Shown: in pieces, positions 8,503-16,476 of the stretch
Layout of the letters: the number at the start of each line of letters is the position of its first letter
Position numbering within the stretch: position 1 is the stretch's first letter
Virus record (IMG/VR): IMGVR_UViG_3300032322_001418
Location: 1-63,541 of that record
Source: a virus
Taxonomy: Duplodnaviria > Caudoviricetes
Strand: one strand, 5' to 3'
DNA: 63,541 bases
Program-made: the position numbers and the translations under genes
Notes under the pieces: model-generated
What the model saw: the letters and a program-made list of their open reading frames with translations, nothing else
The model's database searches: none
Told to the model about the DNA's origin: nothing

Positions 8503-8933
8503 CAGTCCACGTAGCGCAGGAACTTGCCCTCGATCAGTCGGGTGATGATCGGCTGGACCTGATTCTTGCCCATGCCAGTGTCGTTCACGACAGAGGCAAC
8601 GATCTTGCCGCGCTCAAGCCCGGCCTTCAGGTCGTCCTTCATGAATTTGCGGATGCTGCTGAACACCTTCGCCTGATACATGGACTGGATCTCCTGCCCG
8701 GTGCCGACCCCGAGGGCCAGCTTGCGGTTCTGGAGGCCAGCCCCGCGCTGGATCCCGAAGTCAACGCGCCGCTTGTACTTGCGATTCGCGTCCTCGATCT
8801 CCTCTGCGGCCCGGCGTGATGCGCCAACTTCCTTGAGGTTGATGAAGTAGCGAATCTCGCTGGGGTGGTACTTGGACAGTACGTCGAATTCTTCCTTGCT
8901 TACAGCTTTCCATCCGTCACGCATGTGATGCAC
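8502..8933 (-). CDS. Hypothetical protein, possible C-terminal winged helix
   Basis: ORF with GAGGAG RBS; C-terminal TGMGKNQVQPIITRLIEGKFLRY. Confidence 0.7.
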   Translation of the reverse strand: MHHMRDGWKAVSKEEFDVLSKYHPSEIRYFINLKEVGASRRAAEEIEDANRKYKRRVDFGIQRGAGLQNRKLALGVGTGQEIQSMYQAKVFSSIRKFMKDDLKAGLERGKIVASVVNDTGMGKNQVQPIITRLIEGKFLRYVD

Positions 8934-8950
8934 TCCTCTTGTTGGAATGA

Positions 8951-8970
8951 CCCCGGCCTTGCGGCCGGGG
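8951..8970 (-). terminator. GC-rich hairpin (GCAA loop on minus strand), terminator or processing site
   Basis: CCCCGGCC-TTGC-GGCCGGGG between two minus-strand genes; no clear U tract. Confidence 0.5.
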
Positions 8971-8983
8971 CCTTGTTGTTGCC

Positions 8984-10132
8984 TTAGGCGGCGACCTTCT
9001 CAGCCTGCGAGATCCGCTTCCACTGCGAAGCCGGCAGGGTGATGATGTTCGAGCCGATCTCCTCCAGCTCGAATGCGCGCTCCTGCGTCACCTTGTCCTC
9101 GTTTGCGAGGGCGGTGATGGCATTGAGCATGCCCCAGCGCGACAGGTCGCCATCGGTCAGCAGGTTCTTCAGCACGTCGTCCAGCTCGTTCTCGCGCAGG
9201 CCGAGATCCTTGCCGAGAACCTGCACGCCCTTGACGGGGTTCTGCATGGTCTCGCCATCGCGGAGCGAGCGCAGCGTGTCACCCATCTTCTGCACGAAGT
9301 CACGCGAGCCCATCGAGCGCATGATGTCAGTCATGACCGACAGGATTGCCTCGTCGTCCTTCTGGCGCGTCGCATCGCTGAGGATGTCGAGGCCGGCGGT
9401 GGCCAGCTTGCCGCCGATGTGAGTGCGGCGGAATTCGATGGCGTTGTCGCCAACCCCGAACACGCAGCCGTTCTTGCAGTAGGTCCGGTAGAAGAACCCG
9501 CGCACGAACAGTGAGCCGCGACCAGTCTCGCTGTTGCCGATCTCGAAGCCCGGGTACACGATGTCGCGACCAGTGCCGTGCGGAGCCGGGCCGATGTCCT
9601 GCGCCAGAGACGGGTCAGTCCAGACCACGCGCAGGCGCATGTCGTTCTCGTCAATGTGCGAGGCGAGGATCTGGTGGTCGGGCAGCCCGGAGTCGGAGCC
9701 GATCAGGGCGGGCAGCGACTTGGCCAGCACCGTGTCGTTGTCCAGACGCTTGTAGCGGTTGGACAGGAAGGCGCGGGCCTTGCCATCGAGGGTGCGGACC
9801 ATGCGCATGCCGGGCTCGCGCTCGAACAGGGCATTGACCTGACCAGTCACGAGATCGCGGTGGTCCTTGACCAGACGCGAGTAGTACGTCCACGGGATGT
9901 TCAGCCAGCTGGCAATCTGCCGGTGAGCGTTGTCCGTGATCTCGTACTTGCTGGTGACCTCGCGCTCGCCATCGGGGCGGACGTTGAGGGTAACCAGCGC
10001 GGTGCCGGTCGGCGCGTTGTCGTCCTGCACCATGCGCAGGTTGTTGCGGGTATCGGCAACCAGATCAACCTTGGTTGCGGTCTGGCGCTGCACTTCGGTG
10101 GCCAGCTCAATCAGCGTCTTGCCAGTCTTCAT
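8984..10132 (-). CDS. DUF932-like early protein
   Basis: MKTGKTLIELATE..., RTLDGKARAFLSNRYKRLDN, GFEIGNSETGRGSL...CKNG, WGMLNAIT; has its own promoter. Confidence 0.75.
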   Translation of the reverse strand: MKTGKTLIELATEVQRQTATKVDLVADTRNNLRMVQDDNAPTGTALVTLNVRPDGEREVTSKYEITDNAHRQIASWLNIPWTYYSRLVKDHRDLVTGQVNALFEREPGMRMVRTLDGKARAFLSNRYKRLDNDTVLAKSLPALIGSDSGLPDHQILASHIDENDMRLRVVWTDPSLAQDIGPAPHGTGRDIVYPGFEIGNSETGRGSLFVRGFFYRTYCKNGCVFGVGDNAIEFRRTHIGGKLATAGLDILSDATRQKDDEAILSVMTDIMRSMGSRDFVQKMGDTLRSLRDGETMQNPVKGVQVLGKDLGLRENELDDVLKNLLTDGDLSRWGMLNAITALANEDKVTQERAFELEEIGSNIITLPASQWKRISQAEKVAA

Positions 10133-10178
10133 GTGTGATCTCCGTTTGGTCCCTGCCCCATCGGCTGGGAGTGTGGTA

Positions 10179-10207
10179 ACTGTATATCGGCTTCCAGAGG
10201 AAGTCAA
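10179..10207 (-). promoter_or_regulatory. Sigma70-type early promoter
   Basis: TTGACT-17-TACAGT. Confidence 0.75.
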
Positions 10208-10227
10208 TACCCATATCAAAAAAAATA

Positions 10228-10449
10228 TCACCTGATGTTCAGGACCATCATCAGCATGCGCATGCGCGAGTCGGGCATGGAGCGAAACGTCGTGTTTGGC
10301 TTGCGCCCGATGGTCGGCTTGACTAGCCAGCGATCGACGGTGCTGTCATTGACGTACAGCAGGCGCGCGACCTCAGAGCGTGTCAGGCCATGCTCTTTGA
10401 TGATGGTCCGAAGGGTCTCGTTGTTGTTCGAGCTTCTGGTGGCTTTCAT
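10228..10449 (-). CDS. Small HTH DNA-binding protein
   Basis: LRTIIKEHGLTRSEVARLLYVNDSTVDRWL. Confidence 0.8.
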   Translation of the reverse strand: MKATRSSNNNETLRTIIKEHGLTRSEVARLLYVNDSTVDRWLVKPTIGRKPNTTFRSMPDSRMRMLMMVLNIR

Positions 10450-10468
10450 GGTCGTGTACTCAGGTAGT

Positions 10469-10497
10469 GGGACGGGAGGGCTTTCGCCCTCCCGCCC
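10469..10497 (-). terminator. Hairpin with GAAA loop, probable terminator
   Basis: CGGGAGGGC/GCCCTCCCG 9-bp stem just after a stop codon. Confidence 0.55.
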
Positions 10498-10503
10498 GTG
10501 GCA

Positions 10504-10749
10504 TTACGACGGCAGGCCGATGCTGCGGATGGCCTCGCGGACGCTGGCCAGCAGACGGCTGTCGTTCTGCAGGGCAAGCAGCTCGTCCCTGCTGATCACA
10601 GCAGAGCCATCGTCCGCATAGGCAGTCTTGACGCCGAGCTTGTCGGCGAGCGCCTTGACGGCCTGTTCGCGGGTCATGCCAAGCTCGCTCAGGATGGCCT
10701 GAGTAAGCGCCTCCTCGGAAATACCGAGCTTCGACAGGTTGATCAACAT
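10504..10749 (-). CDS. Hypothetical protein
   Basis: ORF with GGAG RBS, packed in the operon. Confidence 0.7.
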   Translation of the reverse strand: MLINLSKLGISEEALTQAILSELGMTREQAVKALADKLGVKTAYADDGSAVISRDELLALQNDSRLLASVREAIRSIGLPS

Positions 10750-10755
10750 GTGCAG

Positions 10756-11034
10756 TTACTCCGTGGTTTCAGTTTCAGTCAACGCGGCATCCTTGATGAA
10801 TGACTTAGCCGCTTCAGTCATCCCATGAATCCGGCCAAAGCGCCGGAACATCTTTAGATCCTTTGGCTGTGCTACGTCCTTCAGCGTAGTCATGTAGCGA
10901 GCCTCGCGAGGGTCTGCCTTCGTAACACGCAGAGGTGAATCCATCACCAGCACGTGCAGGTACTTCCTGCCTTCCCTCACCAATGCGACGCGCGATCCCT
11001 CGTCCGTCCTGTAGCGCATCAGTCTTGCCGCCAT
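10756..11034 (-). CDS. Hypothetical basic protein (MAARLMRYRTDEGSRVAL...)
   Basis: GGAG RBS; first gene after promoter 11069-11097. Confidence 0.7.
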   Translation of the reverse strand: MAARLMRYRTDEGSRVALVREGRKYLHVLVMDSPLRVTKADPREARYMTTLKDVAQPKDLKMFRRFGRIHGMTEAAKSFIKDAALTETETTE

Positions 11035-11365
11035 CTGTGCAGTCTCCGTTGTTATCTCTAACACTGACAGTATAGCTGACTGAGGAATCCAAGTCAACTC
11101 TGCCAGTCGGGACGCGCCACAGGCGACCGACGCATTCTCGCGTGTCAGCATCGAGTACCTCGGTGCTGGCCCATGCGAACATGCCGTCAACCTCGATGGC
11201 CGCGCCTTCACGCAGGCACAGGCCAAGCGTGGCGATGGTCTTGAGGATCGAGCGCGAGCCGCTGGCTGACGCTGGCGGGATCGCTGAGTCATCGAAACTC
11301 AGGACGTAGGTCAGCTCAACGGTCGGCTCAGACCTGAAAAGGTTGAGCAACCAACGCATGTTCAC
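10814..11365 (-). CDS. Hypothetical protein; the 3' half runs through the promoter and overlaps the next gene (true extent uncertain)
   Basis: GTGA-coupled to the upstream gene; the N-terminal ~90 aa look protein-like. Confidence 0.4.
   Translation of the reverse strand: MNMRWLLNLFRSEPTVELTYVLSFDDSAIPPASASGSRSILKTIATLGLCLREGAAIEVDGMFAWASTEVLDADTRECVGRLWRVPTGRVDLDSSVSYTVSVRDNNGDCTDGGKTDALQDGRGIARRIGEGRQEVPARAGDGFTSACYEGRPSRGSLHDYAEGRSTAKGSKDVPALWPDSWDD
11069..11097 (-). promoter_or_regulatory. Strong sigma70-type early promoter
   Basis: TTGACT-17-TATACT. Confidence 0.8.
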
Positions 11366-11601
11366 GACAAGTCCTCCGAGTCGCGCACCTCTGCCACGAG
11401 CTTTTCAAGCACGCGCGGCGGCAGCTGGGTTGCTGGGATGGTGATGCCAAACAGCACGACCTTGGTGATGGTCACTGATGGCACGTAGTTGTCGCTCGCC
11501 TCCGAGATTTCGTAGGTAAGGTCGTAGTACACCTCGGCTTCGGTTGTCAGGTCTAAGACCTCGGTGCCCAAGTACATTGAATCTGACTTGATGTAAGACA
11601 T
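11362..11601 (-). CDS. Acidic hypothetical protein
   Basis: AAGGGGA RBS immediately after the tRNA CCA end. Confidence 0.65.
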   Translation of the reverse strand: MSYIKSDSMYLGTEVLDLTTEAEVYYDLTYEISEASDNYVPSVTITKVVLFGITIPATQLPPRVLEKLVAEVRDSEDLS

Positions 11602-11619
11602 GATCATTCCCCTTGTGGA

Positions 11620-11693
11620 TGGTTCTCCGGGCAGGACTCGAACCTGCATAAACGGATTCAAAGTCCGCTGTCCTACCGTTAGACGACCGGAGA
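11620..11693 (-). tRNA. tRNA-Gln (UUG)
   Basis: TCTCCGG/CCGGAGA acceptor, D arm GTCT-AACGGT-AGGAC, anticodon loop CT-TTG-AA, T arm GCAGG-TTCGAGT-CCTGC, encoded ACCA. Confidence 0.93.
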
Positions 11694-12044
11694 GTGCAGC
11701 AGCTTGACGCCCTTGCGCACGTTGACGATCTTGCCAACCGGAGTGTTCTCGCCAATCTCGATTGCCGAGACAAAGCCGCGCGTCAAGAACACCGGGTCAC
11801 CAAGGCCGACCATGCCGTTGTAGCCGATGACTCCATGCGGCAGTGGATTGGTGCCACGCTTGGCGAATGCTCGCTGAGCTGGGGCGACAATGCGCTGGTG
11901 CAGCACGTAATCGTCCCGGTGAACCTTGTACGCATACTCGTAGACCTGCACCGTCATGGGTCGAATGCAGCCATCGTCCGTCTTGACGATGACCTCTGCG
12001 GTCGCGGTCGGCTTGGTCTTGTAGACATAGACGCCCATGGTCAT
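11679..12044 (-). CDS. Hypothetical protein (stop codon lies inside the tRNA 5' end)
   Basis: ATGA-coupled ORF. Confidence 0.65.
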   Translation of the reverse strand: MTMGVYVYKTKPTATAEVIVKTDDGCIRPMTVQVYEYAYKVHRDDYVLHQRIVAPAQRAFAKRGTNPLPHGVIGYNGMVGLGDPVFLTRGFVSAIEIGENTPVGKIVNVRKGVKLLHSPVV

Positions 12045-12331
12045 GCTCCCGTGATTTCGTAGTTGGCGGTCATCGTGACGCGCGTGTTCTTGGCGAAGTA
12101 CTGCGAGATCCTGCGGCCCCTGCAGTACAGAGTGGCGATCGATTCTTCCTTGAGGCCAAGCTCGCTCAGCGCAATCACAGCGCGCTGGTGGGCGTCCTCG
12201 TTGTCAGGAGCGTAGATCGTCAACTCCCATGACACCGGCGAATTGGAGCCGCTTGGCCAGAGAAACAGGCTGTACTTTTTGGTCGGCACGTATGGCTTCG
12301 ACGGCTTGGCACGCTTTGCTTTGCGGTCCAT
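12041..12331 (-). CDS. Hypothetical protein
   Basis: AAGGA RBS; first gene after promoter 12382-12410. Confidence 0.7.
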   Translation of the reverse strand: MDRKAKRAKPSKPYVPTKKYSLFLWPSGSNSPVSWELTIYAPDNEDAHQRAVIALSELGLKEESIATLYCRGRRISQYFAKNTRVTMTANYEITGA

Positions 12332-12381
12332 TGCTTGTTCCTTGTGTGATCTTTGTGGTAAAAACTTAACTCGACGGTGCT

Positions 12382-12410
12382 AGATTAACTGACTCAGGAA
12401 GCCATGTCAA
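12382..12410 (-). promoter_or_regulatory. Sigma70-type promoter whose -35 overlaps the terS start codon
   Basis: TTGACA-17-TAATCT; spacer 14/17 identical to promoter 11069-11097. Confidence 0.7.
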
Positions 12411-13054
12411 CACTGACTGATAGAGAGGAGAAGTTCTGCCAGAACTACGTGCGCCATGGCGTCGCCTACAAGGCGGCCCTTGAGGCCGGCTATACGGAGG
12501 CAGTGGCGAATGCCAAGTCGTGCAAGATGCTGCGCAGGCCGCATGTCGCCAAGCGCATTGCTGAGTTGCGCGACAAGGTTGACCGCATGGCGGTGCGCTC
12601 GTCAGTGGATGTGATCAACGAGCTGTCGCGACTGGCGTTCAGCGACACGATCAGCTTCATGAAGCCAGACCCGGACGTGGAGGGTAACTGGATCTTCAAG
12701 TCTCCAGACGAGCTGACCGCAGACCAGCGCGCGGCTGTGTCAGGCGTTCATGTGGACGAGGTGCAGATCGGCAGGGATGCGGACGACAAGCCGATCATGG
12801 CGCAGCGTTACAGCTACACGTTCCACGACAAGCTGTCAGCGCTGGTGCAGATGGGCAGGCACTATGGCCTGTTCGATGACCGGCTCAGGGTGGTGTCCAA
12901 GTCGTCCCAGAACAGGTTCTCGAACCTCAGCACCGAGCAGCTAAACGAGTTGCGTTCCAAGATCGTCAAGTTCATTGTATCCAACCAGTCCAGCAAGCTT
13001 CCGCTGGAGGGGCAGTACATTGCAAAAGCCAAGACGGGTTTACCTGATGATTGA
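12404..13054 (+). CDS. terS: Terminase small subunit
   Basis: LTDREEKFCQNYV...AYKAALEAGY...MLRRPHVAKRIAEL; VINELSRLAFS; HDKLSALVQMGRHYGLF. Confidence 0.9.
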   Translation: MSTLTDREEKFCQNYVRHGVAYKAALEAGYTEAVANAKSCKMLRRPHVAKRIAELRDKVDRMAVRSSVDVINELSRLAFSDTISFMKPDPDVEGNWIFKSPDELTADQRAAVSGVHVDEVQIGRDADDKPIMAQRYSYTFHDKLSALVQMGRHYGLFDDRLRVVSKSSQNRFSNLSTEQLNELRSKIVKFIVSNQSSKLPLEGQYIAKAKTGLPDD

Positions 13055-13271
13055 GGACGCGCCTGACCTGTCTGGCGTGTCGTTTGCTGGCGATTTCGGC
13101 CTTGGGGAAGGCGAGTCTTTGCCGGAAGACCACGAGGATCTGACTGAGGCGCAGTACGCCCTGTTCAGGTTCTTGCGTGTCCTGCAGGGCTGCGCTGACG
13201 ACTCAGAGGCCGCCAAGATTGCCGAGCAGGCGGCCGACGCTCCGAGCAAGCTGATCACTCCGCGTCACTGA
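13047..13271 (+). CDS. Small acidic hypothetical protein
   Basis: Overlaps the terS stop; MIEDAPDLSGVSF... Confidence 0.55.
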   Translation: MIEDAPDLSGVSFAGDFGLGEGESLPEDHEDLTEAQYALFRFLRVLQGCADDSEAAKIAEQAADAPSKLITPRH

Positions 13272-13301
13272 TGGAACGGTGGAACCTATCGGGGTATAGT
13301 C

Positions 13302-13721
13302 GTGATATCACTCCAGCAGGTATCTACGCCAATGAAGCTCGCAGCTTCAGCCATCGCATCAGTGGCCGGCATCATGACTGGCTACTTCGCAGTTGATGCT
13401 TGGGCACAAGCCAAGGTTGATGCTGCCGCCAAGAGTCTGATGCAGCAGCAAGCCTTGGCTGAGGCCAAGGACAGCCTGATTCACGACCGGCTATTCCAGA
13501 TCATGCGCGTCCAGTCCGCTGAGACTGGCATCAAGGTAGCCGAGATTGAGCTGCGCCAGATCGAGGCGCAGATCCAAGAAAAGCGCAGCGCGAGAGTCCA
13601 GCCGCATCCGAGCGAGCTGCGCACCCAGCAGCGTCTGCTGCAAGCCATCGAGTTCCACGAGTCGCAGCTCAAGGATGCACGTGCTGCGCTTGAGTCCATC
13701 GATACAGCCAAACGGGAGTGA
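13302..13721 (+). CDS. Membrane-anchored coiled-coil protein
   Basis: N-terminal hydrophobic segment followed by Gln/Glu heptads. Confidence 0.65.
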   Translation: MISLQQVSTPMKLAASAIASVAGIMTGYFAVDAWAQAKVDAAAKSLMQQQALAEAKDSLIHDRLFQIMRVQSAETGIKVAEIELRQIEAQIQEKRSARVQPHPSELRTQQRLLQAIEFHESQLKDARAALESIDTAKRE

Positions 13722-14316
13722 GTGACATGCCGAAGGGTCAGAAGCCGTATCCGAAGGGAACGATGAAGCGTGAGGACTTCAAGGAACCGATGAAGCCGAA
13801 AAAGCGCGACAAGGCCGAGCCAGACATGGACGACCTGACGCCGCGCAGCAACCTGCCGCGTTACGCTGGCAGCCGTCCCACCAAGGCACGGGGGCGCTGA
13901 CCATGGGCTACATCCCGACCAAGCTGCTGAAGGCAGCAACGGCAAAGGCCAAGGCGGCGACGCCCGTCGCTCCGGCTGGCCCGGCCAAGGGTCCAGCACT
14001 GGCCGCCAATCGCGCGGCCGTTGCGGCGACGCCGGTGGCCAATCCCGGCAAGGCCCGGTTCATGCAGAAGGTGCAGGCGCTGGCTGCGTCCAAGATGTCG
14101 GCCAAGCCCAAGGCTGGCGCGCTAGGGAAGGCTGCGGTCGTCCGTCAGAAGCTCAAGTGAGGCTCTATGCCGCTCGAAAAGGGAAAGTCGCAGAAGGTCA
14201 TCAGCAGGAACATCTCCGAGCTGGTGAGGTCTGGCAAGCCGCAGAAGCAGGCAGTGGCAATCGCATTGAACACCGCTGGCAAGGCCAAGGCTCGTGGCAA
14301 AATCAAGGGAAGGTGA
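13718..14316 (+). CDS. Three small basic proteins (13718-13900, 13903-14160, 14167-14316 [34 protein letters not shown]...)
   Basis: Tightly packed Lys/Ala-rich ORFs; the third was hand-translated and resembles small proteins common near phage packaging genes. Confidence 0.6.
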
Positions 14317-14681
14317 TTCCCATGATGAAGGCAGCTCCAAAGTCGAGGGCCGGCACGATGGAGAAGGTTCTGGGGGCGTCGATCTTGGCGTGGCTGGTCT
14401 TGGTGGTGACGGCTTTGCTGATCATGCTGGCGCTGAAGGTCTCGGACCCGGTGGCCTTTCTCGATTTGGTTATCAGATCCTGATAGAGCCGTTGCGCCGT
14501 CGCGGGAGGATTGGCCAGAACGATGTCGTGTCGCGGGCGAGGATGGTGAAGCCTGTCGGGTCGATTCCAGAGGTCAAGCTGCTGTGGGTTGAGGTTTCGT
14601 TCAGTGGTCGAAATGACCGCCAGCTGGTGGCGATCCCGCTGGAAGATTTCCACGAGTACGTAGATCTGCCGATGGTGAATC

Positions 14682-14909
14682 TTGGCGAGCAGACGCCCGA
14701 AGCATGAGCGCTGCGTAAGCTGCTGGCAGCTTGTCAGCGCATCGGAGTTTGTGGCCAAGGGTGGCTGGAAGTCGAACAGGTGCAGGGCGTGCCGCAAGGC
14801 TGACGCGGAGCATAGGGCGCGATACGAGGCGATTCATCATGACCCGGATTGTGATTGCCGTCTGTGCCGCCATTGGCGTGCTGTTGTCGAGCGCAGCGAA
14901 TGCTGGTGA
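14682..14909 (+). CDS. Cys/His-rich zinc-finger-like protein
   Basis: CVSC, CRAC, HHDPDCDCRLC. Confidence 0.5.
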   Translation: MASRRPKHERCVSCWQLVSASEFVAKGGWKSNRCRACRKADAEHRARYEAIHHDPDCDCRLCRHWRAVVERSECW

Positions 14910-15432
14910 CGCGAGACTGACGTGGGTGAATGCGACCCAGCGGGTTGATGGGTCTAGCCTGACGGCCAGCTCGCTGCGTGGAACCAAGATCGAATGGTCG
15001 CGCTGCCAGTCGCAGGATCCGGCGACGGCCCCGGTGTTCGGCGCCGTGGCCGGGCAGTTCACGGTAGCTGCCGGCCTCACAACCCATTCGATCACCGGCC
15101 TGCCATCGGGGCGCTGGTGCTTCCGCGCTTACACCCTTGCCGTCGATACAGATGGAGTGACCCAGCAGGAGAGCGACCCGTCCAGCGTGGTGGCCAAGGT
15201 CATCATGGACGCCAAGCCTGCGCCGCCCTCGCTGCTGACGGTACAGGAGCTGGTGGTCTACAACGTTCTGAAGCAGCGCGACCGATTCGTGCTGCTGCCT
15301 GTTGGAACGGTTCCGGCTGACACAGCGTGTGACGCAACCAACGAGGTGAACGGCTATTATGCGGTGCCAAGGGCTGCCGTCACTTGGTATGGCTCTAGTC
15401 GCTCCGAGGTGGTGGTTGCCCGGTGTGGCTGA
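14839..15432 (+). CDS. Secreted fibronectin type III-like protein
   Basis: Signal peptide ending ANA; ARLTWVNATQRVDGSSL...ITGLPSGRWCFRAYT...ESDPS. Confidence 0.75.
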   Translation: MTRIVIAVCAAIGVLLSSAANAGDARLTWVNATQRVDGSSLTASSLRGTKIEWSRCQSQDPATAPVFGAVAGQFTVAAGLTTHSITGLPSGRWCFRAYTLAVDTDGVTQQESDPSSVVAKVIMDAKPAPPSLLTVQELVVYNVLKQRDRFVLLPVGTVPADTACDATNEVNGYYAVPRAAVTWYGSSRSEVVVARCG

Positions 15433-15515
15433 TCAGGATCTGGTGGTGGCTGCGCGGGCTGTTCACGGACGAGTTGCCGCCGCCATCTGCTGCTTCTGAC
15501 CTCAGAGGTGATGCA

Positions 15516-15830
15516 ATGAAGAACGTGCTGCTGAGCTGGACCCTGCCGACCACCCGCGTGGATGGCAGCCCCCTCGCCCCGGCGGAGATCGCCGGCACCG
15601 AGGTGTTCATCCGTGTGGAGGGGGCTCCTGACTTCGTGCTGCTGGCCACGGTCCCGGCTCCCCAGACCTCGCTGCGCCAGACCGAGCTGGACTCCGGTAC
15701 CTACGAGTTTAGGGTGGTCGTGGTGGACAAGCAGCGCCCGCCCAAGCGGTCCGCCGCTGTCACCAGCAGCGTCTCCGTGGAACTGGCCGAGCCCAGCCCG
15801 GCGCTGGGCTTCGTGGTCAGCGTCGAGTGA
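15516..15830 (+). CDS. Stand-alone fibronectin type III-like protein
   Basis: VLLSWTLPTTRVDGSPL...LDSGTYEFRVVVVD; GAGGTG RBS. Confidence 0.75.
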   Translation: MKNVLLSWTLPTTRVDGSPLAPAEIAGTEVFIRVEGAPDFVLLATVPAPQTSLRQTELDSGTYEFRVVVVDKQRPPKRSAAVTSSVSVELAEPSPALGFVVSVE

Positions 15831-15833
15831 GCC

Positions 15834-16031
15834 ATGGCCGGCGTCCTGCAGCAGCTCCAGAGCGAGCTGGAGCCCGGCATGAAGGTCTCCGCCGGCTGGG
15901 TCTCCAGACGCTACGGCGTGTCCCTACGGACCGCCCGGCGCGTCCTGCGTAGGCTCTGGCTGGGGCAGGTCGCCACCCGGGAATGGTCAGGACGCTGGCT
16001 GTACGAGGCACGCCAGCTGAGGCTGCTGTGA
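15834..16031 (+). CDS. Small winged-HTH protein
   Basis: VSAGWVSRRYGVSLRTARRVLRRL...G. Confidence 0.55.
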   Translation: MAGVLQQLQSELEPGMKVSAGWVSRRYGVSLRTARRVLRRLWLGQVATREWSGRWLYEARQLRLL

Positions 16032-16038
16032 TCAGCCA

Positions 16039-16054
16039 TGTTTCACGGGGAACA
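16039..16054. promoter_or_regulatory. parS-like site
   Basis: TGTTTCACGGGGAACA, 15/16 match to the common parS variant TGTTTCACGTGGAACA; intergenic. Confidence 0.55.
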
Positions 16055-16225
16055 TTCCAGCCCGGGTCGGAACCCACCCAGAAACCCAACCGCAAGTCGC
16101 CAGTAACGGTCTCCCAAGCACCCATTCCTCAACCAGAACATACCGCCAAGGCCCTCTCCTCCTCCCAGAGCAGTCGGTCAAGGCTCGTCTAGGGGTCAGT
16201 CAAACCAAAGAGAAGGATTGCCCCA

Positions 16226-16417
16226 GTGATAGAGCCGGGAGATGACGACACCACAGCCCCAGACAAAGGTAGCCCAAAGTCAGGCAAGCGCCTCTGTTCC
16301 CGCTGCCAGAAAGAACCCCGCCGCAATGGACAACGCTACTGCCAAAGCTGCCACGCCGGCTGGATGCGGAAACACCGCGCCAAACGACGCAGTGACAGCC
16401 CTCAGGGAGTCCAATAG
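16226..16417 (+). CDS. Small zinc-finger protein
   Basis: CSRC...YCQSCHAGWMRKHR; AAAGGA RBS. Confidence 0.6.
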   Translation: MIEPGDDDTTAPDKGSPKSGKRLCSRCQKEPRRNGQRYCQSCHAGWMRKHRAKRRSDSPQGVQ

Positions 16418-16476
16418 CATGGCCCGGGGCTACCTGCCGATCGGTGGCGAGCTACCGTCCCTTCTAGGAGGCTGAC

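Noticed and set aside
4291-16119. 13-bp identity CGGTCTCCCAAGC at 4291-4303 and 16107-16119, both non-coding
   Set aside because: Many 13-mer matches are expected by chance in a 63-kb GC-rich genome; only two copies and no flanking similarity
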